Positions 21,746 through 31,792 of a DNA stretch of 64,000 bases are shown here, one piece after another. Location: assembly GCA_963785305.1 (NCBI GenBank), contig CAWAUV010000005.1, forward strand, positions 256,001 to 320,000, given 5' to 3'. The notes beneath the pieces are model-generated. The model did no database searches. It had not been told where the DNA came from and worked only from the letters and a program-made list of their open reading frames with translations. The translations under genes and the position numbers were made by a program. Numbering within the stretch: the first letter of the stretch is position 1; every line of letters begins with the position of its first letter. This stretch comes from an uncultured Planctomycetaceae bacterium (lineage in GTDB: Bacteria > Planctomycetota > Planctomycetia > Pirellulales > PALSA-1355).

Positions 21746-24148
21746 ATGCGAGTATCGGCATCGGTCGACGATTCCTTCGCCCGCGATGCGCCCATCGCCC
21801 GGCGCGTTTCGATTCGCGGCGTGGTCCAGGGCGTGGGCTTTCGGCCTTTTGTCCATCGCGCGGCATGCGAGCATCGGATCGTGGGATGGGTCATCAACGA
21901 CCGCCGCGGTGTCGAGATTCATGCCGAAGGGTCACCCCACGCGGTCGCGGCCTTTATCGAAATCTTGAAGCAAAGCCCGCCGCCCGCCGCGCGCATTGCC
22001 TCGCTTGCCTGCGACGCCGCGCCGCTCGAGGGGTTCGTCGACTTCACGATTCGGGCGAGCGACGATCGTGGCCAGCCCACGGCTCGCGTGTCGCCCGATC
22101 TGGCCGTGTGCGAGGACTGCTTGCGGGAACTGTTCGATCCCAAGGATCGGCGGCAAGGCTACCCCTATTCGAATTGCACGCATTGCGGCCCGCGCTATTC
22201 GATCGTGTGCCGCTTGCCTTATGATCGGGCGAACACGACGCTTGCATCGTGGCCGCTGTGCGACGCCTGTCGCGCGGAATACGAAAATCCACTCGACCGC
22301 CGGTTTCATGCCCAACCCACGGCCTGCGCGGCTTGCGGCCCGGGATATGAACTGGTCGATTTCCAGAACCGGCCCTGGAAGAGCGGGGGTGATGAAACCG
22401 CCGTCGGGCGGATCGAACGGGCCAGTCTCGCGAGCAGCCGCGCGATCGCTCGCGCCGCCGAGCTTTTGCGCGGGGCGCCATCTTGGCGATCAAAGGCGTT
22501 GGTGGTTATCACTTGGCTTGCGACGCCGCCAATCGCGCCGCGATCATCGCGCTGCGAGAGCGCAAATTTCGCAAGGAAAAGCCGTTTGCGCTCATGGCCC
22601 GCGATCTCGCGGCGGCGCGAAGGATCGCGGCGCTCACGGCCGAGCACGAGCGCTTGCTGGTCGATCGGGCCAAGCCGATCGTGCTTGCTCCCTCCCGCGC
22701 AACCGCGGGCCGCGAGATCGTGTTCGACGCGATCTCGCCCGAGACCGACGACCTTGGCGTGATGCTACCCTACGCGCCGCTGCACTATTTGCTCTTCGCG
22801 GCCGGCGCTCCATCCGTGCTGGTGATGACCAGTGGCAATCGCTCCAGCGAACCGATCGCTTTCGACGATCTCGACGCGCGGGAGCGGCTTTCGGGCATCG
22901 CCGACGCCCTGCTTCGTGGCCAGCGACCCATCGCGCGGCGAGTTGAAGATTCGGTCGTCATGGTGCGCGACGGGCAAATGACCCTGGTTCGCCGCGCCCG
23001 GGGCTATGCGCCGGCGGCCGTTTGCCGGCTGGAGTCGGATCGACCCGTCCTCGCGCTCGGCGCCGATTTGAAAAGCGCCGTGGCGCTGGTGATCGATGGC
23101 GAGGCGCTCGTCGGTCCCCACTTGGGCGATTTGGATGATGCCGGCGCCTTCGCGGCCTTCGAACGCTCGGTGGCGGATTTGCTGGCAATGGCCGAACTGC
23201 GGCCCCAGGATTTGGTCGTGGCTCATGACATGCACCCGCAGTATCGCTCGAGTCGCCATGCCCGGGGACTCGCGGCGGCGCGGCTTGTGGCGGTGCAGCA
23301 CCATGAAGCGCATGTGGCGAGTGTGATGGCGGAGCATGGCCTGCTTGATGAGCGAGTGGTGGGGGTGGTATTCGATGGCGCGGGCTATGGCCGCGATGGC
23401 GCGATCTGGGGCGGCGAGTTCTTCGTCGGCAGCGTGAGCCGCGGCCTGGAACGCGTCGCATGGCTGCGGCCGACTCCGATGCCCGGCGGCGACGCCGCGG
23501 CTCGCTTTCCGGCTCAAGCCGCCGCCGGCTTCGTGGCCGATGCGGCCGCGTGCGCCGAATCGTGGCCGAGCGATTTACCATTGGCCGAAGCGATCGCCGG
23601 TCCGCCATTTGGCCTGCCGCGGCGCTTCGCCGACGCGCTGGCGATCGCCCGCAAACGAGTGCGATGTTTCCCCACAAGCTCCGTCGGCCGGCTATTCGAT
23701 GCCGTGGCGGCGCTGTTGGGGTTCACGCGGCCGATCAGTTTCGAAGGGCAAGCCGCGATCTGGCTCGAGCAGCGAGCCCGCGGCATCGGACCACAGTCTT
23801 CGTATCCCTTCTCGGAGCTCGACCCGCGACGGCTCGTGGCGGCCGTGGTTCGCGATCGGATCGCCGGGCGCGACGTCGGCGAAATCGCCGCGGCGTTTCA
23901 TCAAACACTTGCCCGCGGCGCGGCGAATCGCGCGGGATCTTTGTCGAAGCCATGGGACCCGAGTGGTGGCGGTCTCGGGCGGCGTGTGGCAAAACGAGTT
24001 GCTGTGGAGGGCGTTTATGGAGTACTTCGCCGACGATCGAGAGATTTCCATTATTGCGAACCAGAGTGTCCCCTTGGGCGATGGCGGCATCGCCTTGGGT
24101 CAGGCCGCCCTGGCGGCCGCCAGCCTCCGCGCGACCGACACGACATGA
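21746..24148 (+). CDS. hypF: Carbamoyltransferase HypF (apparent frameshifts near 22470 and 23920)
   Basis: GVVQGVGFRPFV, CxxC zinc fingers, CGPRYSI, RFHAQP, KGVGGYHLACDA, QHHEAH, SGGVWQN, DGGIALGQ. Confidence 0.93.
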
Positions 24149-24327
24149 TTGCGCTTACACATGTCGAGAAGTGCGAAATGCGTTTGAAAGAGCCAACGTG
24201 AACGACGACGGAGCAAGAGAGGTCGGCTCGACGATCCGCGGCAGAGGCTCGAAATCACCTTTGGTGGTGGTTTTTAACGTGCTCGCGAAGAGGCGGGAGC
24301 ATTCGGCTCGGGTTTTGCAAAACGTGG

Positions 24328-25864
24328 GTAACTGTTAAGCATTTCCTCTTTCCCGAAATTGGGTTTTCGGTCACATTGATTGGATCATGGATGATCGAGA
24401 TCGACGGATCGCCGAGTTGGAAGCGGAAATCGCCCGGTTGCAGGCGGAGAACGGAACGCTGCGCAAGCGCGTCGAGCAACTCGAACAGCAAGTCCAAAAG
24501 TTTTTGCAGCGGCGCAAGAAAACCCGCTCGGCCAGCGATGCGCGGCGTGGCGAACAGGATCGCCGCCGCAAGCAGTTTCGCAAACATCCGGGCAGCTTTC
24601 GTCCAGGGCCGCCGCCCGGCACGGTATTCATCGAACACGATGTGCATCCGCGAGAGTGTCCGCACTGTGGCGGCCGCGATCTGACCGCCACCGGCGAGTT
24701 CGAAGACCATGAGATGGCGGAGATTCCAGAGCCCAAGCTCGAATGGCATCGGTATCGCCGTCATACCTATCGTTGTGAACATTGCCAAGCCACCTGCCAA
24801 GGACGCGGCGACTTGGAACTGCCCGGCGCCCACATCGGGCCACGCGCGCGCTTGTTGGTCTGCTACGCGCGGGTTCACCTGGGCATCTCGCTCGGCAAAA
24901 CGCAACACTTGCTGAAAGACTTCTTTGGTCTTTCGGCCAGCCGGGCCGGATTGCTCGGCCATTTGCGTTGGGGCGGCGCTTTGTTCGAGCCGGTGGTCGA
25001 CAAACTCTGGGAACTCTTGCGCAATTCGCCGGTCGTGCAAGGCGATGAGACCGGCTGGCGGATCGATGGCCAGCCCGTTTGGGCCTGGTGTTTTCGAGAC
25101 ACGCGCTTGGCATTGTTCCTGATCGATCGTCATCGCAATCGGGCCGTGCTCGAGCGAGCGTTGGGCACATCGTTCGCGGGCACGCTGGTCAGCGATTTTT
25201 ATGCGGTCTACAACCGGCTCGACTGCCGCAAACAGCGCTGCTTGGTCCATTTGCTTCGCGAGTTGCACAAGCTGCGCGAGACGTTGCCGGCGGCGAGCGT
25301 GCGGGCCTTCATCCAGCCGTTGATCACGCTGTTTCAAGACGCGATCCGGTTGGGCCACGAGCGCAAGTCGCTCGGCAAAAAAGCTTTCAACGCGGCCCGA
25401 CACGAGATTCAAAACCGTTTCGACACGTTGATGCTCGAGACGCGCGTGCGGCATCGCGAATGTTTGCGAATCTGGCGGCGGCTGTTCAAGCACTCGGACG
25501 AATTGTTCACCTTCCTCGACGATGCGAATGTTCCGGCCGACAACAACGGAACCGAACGCGACATCCGAAGCCTGGCGGCGGCGAGGAATGATGGCGGCAC
25601 GCATCGGACCGAATGGAGCGCGGCGGCGTTCGCCCGAATCAAGAGCGTGATCGCGACCGGCGCGAAAAACGGTTTGAGCTTCGCAAGGTATGGAATCGAA
25701 GTCGTGCGCGCTAAATTGCAAGGCAAGACCCTGCCGCTGCCGATCACCAATAGCAGTTAAAACATCCGCCACGCGACCCATCCCCGGAAACCCCTCGCCC
25801 GCGATCCCCGCCAATATCGCCACCGCCCCCCCGCGCCCAGGCCACGCCACGGCTTAACAGTTAC
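24328..25864 (+). mobile_element. IS66-family single-ORF element, copy 2 (complete, 1537 bp)
   Basis: IRs GTAACTGTTAAGC at both ends; no 8-bp target duplication visible. Confidence 0.92.
24387..25760 (+). CDS. IS66-family DDE transposase
   Basis: Coiled coil, CPHCG...CEHC zinc finger, GDETGW, LVSDFY, QRCLVHLLR, DNNGTERDIR. Confidence 0.93.
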   Translation: MDDRDRRIAELEAEIARLQAENGTLRKRVEQLEQQVQKFLQRRKKTRSASDARRGEQDRRRKQFRKHPGSFRPGPPPGTVFIEHDVHPRECPHCGGRDLTATGEFEDHEMAEIPEPKLEWHRYRRHTYRCEHCQATCQGRGDLELPGAHIGPRARLLVCYARVHLGISLGKTQHLLKDFFGLSASRAGLLGHLRWGGALFEPVVDKLWELLRNSPVVQGDETGWRIDGQPVWAWCFRDTRLALFLIDRHRNRAVLERALGTSFAGTLVSDFYAVYNRLDCRKQRCLVHLLRELHKLRETLPAASVRAFIQPLITLFQDAIRLGHERKSLGKKAFNAARHEIQNRFDTLMLETRVRHRECLRIWRRLFKHSDELFTFLDDANVPADNNGTERDIRSLAAARNDGGTHRTEWSAAAFARIKSVIATGAKNGLSFARYGIEVVRAKLQGKTLPLPITNSS

Positions 25865-26280
25865 ATTTCAACGATCTCATCGAATCCATGCGGCTTTATA
25901 GTTTCGGAAACTAGACATGACAAATACGTAACACAAAGCATCACCACAAATAAACGATAAACGATTGAACCGACCCCCAATACGCCCCAGCATCCTATCA
26001 ATGCGATCTGTGCGTAGGTTATCCCATCTGCGACAAAGTCTTCGTCGCTGCCGGTGCAATCGGCGATCCGAACAACCACAAGACTTCCCAGGACGTGGAT
26101 TGTCGCAAGGCCGGCCATGACCACACAAGGCTTGGAGCACGAATGTAAAAACGACGTATTGCGTCGCTGCGTTTCATATGATTCGTCTGATTGTCGACTT
26201 TCGCCGACTACGATTCGCCGATGCATTGTACGTACGCCGCTTTCTACAAAACGACCAAGTTGTACGCGTCTGCAATGCAT
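25865..26280 (-). pseudogene. Putative membrane immunity gene for Rhs-CT3, truncated by IS66-like copy 2
   Basis: Low-GC hydrophobic ORF downstream of the Rhs; its stop codon is supplied by the IS end. Confidence 0.45.
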
Positions 26281-26397
26281 ACAACATGTACTAGCATCGA
26301 TTGTTGTTGCATCTCAAACCGCACGTGTGAGGATGCCGTAAAGTGTTACGAATAAGCAATGCGCAAGCTGCTGATGGGCTACATCGAAGTGGCCTGA

Positions 26398-29300
26398 TTA
26401 TGCGCACGTGCCTTTGCATGTGCAATCGACGAGGTACCACAATGAAATATATAGCGAGTGTTCTCTGCACATATATGTGCATTCGCATGGGTCGCAATGA
26501 CCGGAGCGGGCCTCATCGTAGTAATGTTCCCAAATAGAATAGCCGCACCAATACCACACTACTTGCTTGACGTAATACGTGCATGAGCATGGCCTTTCCC
26601 ATACATATGTGTTGCCTCTATCGGCGCGCTTGCAATATGGCATTCCGTCCACCGTGTGTGGGGGATTGTCGTTCGGTGGCGAAACCTTAGATGTCGTGCC
26701 GTTCGGGTCGGTGTTTTTGGCGATAGCGTTTCCTAGGTATCGATACAGATTCCGGTCTCCACCATCATACCCGATCGGATCTCGCGTGATCCAAACGCCG
26801 TGCGCCGGATTCAAATATCGATTCCGCGCCAGATACAGCCCCGTTTCGACGTCCCAGCGGTAGCCGCAGTAGAGGGTTTCCCAGGCGTACGCGGAGCCGC
26901 TAGCGCGAACCGTGAAGTCGGGATTCAGGAATGTCGGCAAGCCATAGGCGGTGTACTGGTAGCGTTCTTCGACGGCGCCGGATGTATTGACGATCGCCGT
27001 GACGTTCCAGTTCGCGTCTTGCAGAGCGTAAAGCCTTTCCGTCGAGCGGTCGCGCAAGACCAGATCGTCGATGTAGCGTTGGCCCCACACGAATTGACGA
27101 TCGGCGGTCGTCGCGCCGCCGACGCGTTCTTCGAGGACTTGCCACATGTTCGAGTAGTACAAGTCGCGCACGATGCCGGCGACCAGTTTGGTTGTGCGGC
27201 GATTGAGGCCGTCATAGCTGTAGGCGGCCACGCCGGCGAGCGAGATCAAGCGGTTCCAGGCGTCATAGGTTGCGGCGAAAGAGCTTGCGGGCGATGCCGG
27301 TTGTGGAATTGCGGTCATGGCGCCGGTCGGACTGTAACTCGGCTGCGCCCATGCGGCGCCGTAGCGCTGGGCAATGCCCATGATCTCGTTGACTGGATTC
27401 GACACGCGCTGCTGGTCGAGGTTATTCGCGGAAGTCACGACATCCGTGTTGACGAAATTCGACCAGTTGCCCGTTGCGTCCAGGCCCCATTGCTGGGCAA
27501 GAGTCATGTTCGCGATGGACTGGTTATTATTCGTGAGGGCGCCGCGGCTCATGTCGGTGAGGCGCTGCATGCCGTCGTAGCTATACAGCTCATCGAACTT
27601 GGCGCCAAGCGAATCAGCCACGACGTTTTGCCGCCAGACGCGGTTGCTCGATTGGTCGTAGCCGTATTGGATTTGATCGAGCGTGGCGGTGGGCGTGGTC
27701 CAGGGGTTATTAATAACACGGCCAAACTGGTCGAGGCCGAGATAGGGATTCGTGCCGAAGCCGGAGCCGCCGGCTAGCGACCAGGTGACGTCCGGCTGCG
27801 GATACGTTAGATCGACGAATGTCGAGAGGCCGAGGTAGGTGTACTCGACGAGCGTCGTGCTGTCGGAATCGCGGTAGTTGGTGATGCGGGATAACGCATC
27901 GTCGTTGCCGCTCGCGTAATTGTACGAAACGACGCGAGGCGTCGAGCCGCTGATCGCGCCGGGATAGGTGATCGCCGTGAGGCGCGTCGTGTTGGCGCTG
28001 CCGTCGGCGAAGGCGTATTGCACATTGGCCGACGTGGCGGTGTTCACGGCGGCGCCATGCTGCTGGTACTGCGTGACGAGTTGCTGAAAGCCATTGTAGG
28101 CGTTTTGGACTTGATTGACCACCGTCGTCGCGCCGATGTCGGCGTAGCTCGTGATTTGGAAGACCAATCCGCGGATTTCGTAGGCGGTGCTGATCCGCTG
28201 CACGCTCGAATCGACGCTCGCGCCGAGCGTCGTAATGATGTCGTCCGTGGGGCGGCCGAGCAGGTCGAACAGGTACTCATGCACCGTGCCGTTTTGGTCC
28301 GTCTTGCCGGTGACTTGCTTTTGTCGATTGAAGGTTTGCGTGACTTGGTCGGAGCCGGACAAGCTATCGGGATAGATCGTGGCGCTAAGCAATTCGTTAC
28401 TGGCGATCGAGGAATCGGTCAAGGTCGTGCCGTAAACGAACTGCGTCGTTTGGTTGCCGGTGGTTGGATTCACCGCCGTCAAGGCGATCATGTTGCCGTC
28501 GGCGTTGTAGGCGAACTGGACCGTGACGTCGGTGGCGTTGCCGGGGCAGCCGCCGGTGTAGTTGCTCACCGTGCTGAGCGGCTTGTGCAAGGCGTTGAAT
28601 GTTTGCAGCGTGATGATGCCGGCGGGATCGGTGGTTTGATTGAGATTGCCGGCGTTGTCGTAGGCGAAGCTCCTGACCAAGACGGTTGGCGAGGAAGCTG
28701 GCGGCGTGGCGGGGGCGGTGAAGGCGGCGTTGCCATTCGTGCCGTAGTTGGCCGAGGCCGCCATGCGGCCAATGCCGTCGGGGAAGTTCGCGACATAACT
28801 TACGCGGGCCAAGGGCTGCGTTCCGCTATACGGTGGATTCAAGACGCCCGAGCTGGTGGCGCTGTCGAACTGCTGGTACGAATCGACTTCGATCACGTTG
28901 TTCGCGTCGTCGTACGTGGTCAGCGTCTGCTCGAAGATGATGTTTTGGCTCGTGACTTGGCCGACGTCGCTGTAAGGCTCCGTTCCCGAGCCGGTGTAAT
29001 AACCTTGATACGACGCCGTGACTCGGGCTTGGCTATCGTATACCTGCTTGGTGAATGTCTGGGCTCCTGCCGGCAAAGTCTTGATGATGTTGCTCGCCAG
29101 ATCGTACCAAGTATTGTCGACGAGCGAGTTGCCCAAGGCGCCGGTGTTCGGGTCCACCGAATAGACTTGCGTTTGATAGACCCGATTGCGGTCGTCCCAG
29201 AAGGTGAGCGTTCGCGCGAGAAGCTGACCGTTCGCGGTGGTGTTGAGGCGGTCGACTTGGATGATCCGATCGAGATTGTCGTAGGTCGTCTCCAGATAGT

Positions 29301-29476
29301 ATTCGAGCTCGCCGTCGATGCCGATTTGCCTATCTCGGAAGTCGTAGATGTAGCTGGTCACGCGGTCGTTCTCGCCGGTGGCGTCGACGAACGCGGTCTT
29401 TTCGGTGAGGTTGCCGTCGCCGCCCGACGAACCGCCGTCGTATACGTTGCCGGTGACTTGGACCATGTTGTTCCCC
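26398..29476 (-). CDS. Orphan Rhs module 3 (about 1025 aa, N-terminally truncated), Cys-rich C-terminus
   Basis: Many YD repeats, RYLNPAHGVWITRDPIGY, NTDPNG; the 5' end abuts junction site S4. Confidence 0.92.
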
Positions 29477-29510
29477 GAACAATCCAAAGGGGTCAGGAGT
29501 CATTGATTTA
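29477..29510 (+). repeat. Junction/homing site, uninterrupted copy S4
   Basis: GAACAATCCAAAGGGGTCAGGAGTCATTGATTTA between two divergently oriented Rhs fragments. Confidence 0.9.
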
Positions 29511-31058
29511 ACTGATAACCGGTGTTTGACTCGCGAGCAGACAGCGTTTTATCTTCGACGACCCGGCGGACAGCGGCTCCGCTGGCGGTGGCCAGGCCGT
29601 CTTGCAGTTCCAAACCACCGGCGATGGCGCGAGCGCTCCCACGCCGACCGCGGCGAACCTCACCGATCGTTATTTGTGGGGACCCGCGGTCGATCAGCTT
29701 TTGGCCGACGAGCAAGTCACCGACCCGAGCACGCCCGGCAACATCTTGTGGACACTCGACGACGGCCAAAACACGGTCCGCGACACGGTCGATTCAAGCG
29801 GCGCGATTCAAGACCACATCACTACAACGCCTTCGGCCAACCGGTCAGCCACACGGCCCTCGATCCCGCGGCGGTCGACGTCGCCTTCGGCTACGACGGC
29901 CTGTTCACCGACGCCACCACCGGCGACGACTTCGCCGTGAATCGGGTGTACGATCCATCGAGCGGGACCTGGAACACGCCGGATCCGGCGCAAGCGGATG
30001 TCAACACCTACCGCGCGTTCGGCAACAGCCCGACGAACGAGGTCGATCCCGAAGGGCTGGAACCCTACGCGAACGCTCCGAGTCGCGAGGAGCGGTTCAA
30101 CGCGGAATGGGAACGAATCGGGCGCGAGTATTTATCGATCCTCACGCCGGGCGAATTCGGCGAGCAGCAAGCGAAGGAACTGACCGACTACATTAATCAA
30201 TCGCTTGATTTCGAGGCAAAATTCACCACTTGGTTCAATTCGCTGCCGCCCGCGGAACGATACAGCACTGATCCGTCACCGAGCGTGCTTAGCTTGGCGC
30301 CGACCGCGCCGGCGTTTTTGCAAGGCGCGATGAAGAAGGCGGCGGATTACAAGGCGTTTTTGAGCACTCAGCCCTCGATCGTCGCGGTTTCGCCCGATGA
30401 GGCCGACGCCGGCTTCGTTCGGGCCTATGAAAACAATCCGAATACGGTGTATGTTAAAGGCGGGAATGCTGCGGCGGAGTATGGAAAATCGATCGCGCGG
30501 ATGGGGATGCGTCGCGACGCGAACGTGTTGGCATCGCAAGGCGCGGTTGTCGGCACGATGGCGTTGATGCTCGACCCCACCCGATCAGGCCGCGGCAACC
30601 TTGACGACGCGCTGATAATGGCATCGGGCTTCGCGAAAGGGACGATCCCCGCCTTTGATCCGCTCGTCGGTCCGGAGACACCAAATAAACTCGCCAGCCC
30701 AGGTGTAAACGCGGCGGAGGGGAATGCTCCAAAGAGTGGACCTGTCGCAGGTGGCGGCGCGAGCCTTGAACGTGGCCTTGGAAACATGTCGGCAGCGGAA
30801 ATTTCGCGAATTCAAAACGCAGCGAATCGCATTGATAAGCCCATAAGCGTCGTTGGAAGCCGCTCGGGCGGTGCGAAACTTCCACGGCCGGACTCCGACT
30901 GGGATTTCGTGATCGAAGCGAATAACAAAGTGAGAGCTAGCGCGTCTCGGTCGCTTCCGGGAGCAAAATCTGTAACAAATAACCTTGACTGGAACCAAGA
31001 CGTTTTCAAGGGGCCGCTCGATCCCGCCCACCCACACATAACGTTCTTCCCGGAGTAG
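29511..31058 (+). pseudogene. Orphan Rhs module 4: core end, shared linker and toxin tip B (nucleotidyltransferase-like)
   Basis: Near-identical to module 2 up to 30732, then VVGSRSGGAKLPRPDSDWDFVI. Confidence 0.88.
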
Positions 31059-31061
31059 ACG

Positions 31062-31337
31062 ATGCGAGAAACGACAGTCGAATTATTGAACGACGAGGGT
31101 AATGGTGCGGTCCTTAAATTGCCGGGTCGCGCATTTCCTGGGATACTGATTCAAGGCGACACGCTTCAGATTCTGATCGACGACTTAGAGGAACTGCTCG
31201 ATTTGCTTGGCGCTGAGGCACTAGAGGAACCGCGTGAATCACTTGATGGCATTATTGAGCGTCTCAAAGGATATCGAACTCGCTACGTTGAGGCGCTGAA
31301 AAACCACGGGATTTCTGTGCCGTTTTCGAGCCGTTAG
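31062..31337 (+). CDS. Putative immunity protein for tip B (DUF6959-like, from recollection)
   Basis: 91 aa, acidic, 3 bp after the toxin stop; N.AVLKLPGRAFPGILIQGDTL...Y..AL..HGI.VPF. Confidence 0.7.
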   Translation: MRETTVELLNDEGNGAVLKLPGRAFPGILIQGDTLQILIDDLEELLDLLGAEALEEPRESLDGIIERLKGYRTRYVEALKNHGISVPFSSR

Positions 31338-31792
31338 CTTTTAACTCCAAAACCTGCAAGACGCTGGGCTCTGGCGCGCCCGGCGCGAGTGGTGAATTGC
31401 GAGATTGTGGTGGGTCTTGCGATGACACGTGGGATCCCAGACATCCACGTTGTCGCTGGCCGCGTTCTGCTCAGCAACGCGGGGGCCTACGATCGGCGGG
31501 GCGCTCACCGACGCAGGCATCTACGCTAAATGAAGCGTTCAGCGGGCGTTACATCGCCGCCAAGCGTCGCTAGCGGAATTTCGTCGCCACTCGAATTTCT
31601 GGATGTCTGGGATCGGCTCCTGACACGGACGTCGGCTGGGTCGACAATGAAGTCACCGGCGAGGAACTGAGCGCCAACTCGTACTCGGAGGTCAGCGTCT
31701 CGTCGCAGGACGGCACGGTCACGACGGCGCCGGATTCCGGCTCCTATTCGGCGGAAATCGACGTCTCGAACGAACAATCCAAAGGGGTCAGG

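Noticed and set aside
29465..29482. Guide-like base pairing between the site end (TTGTTC) and target DNA (GAACAA)
   Set aside because: Clear at S4 and possible with G-T pairs at S6, but absent or only 3 bp at S1, S3 and S5; too short to separate from chance.
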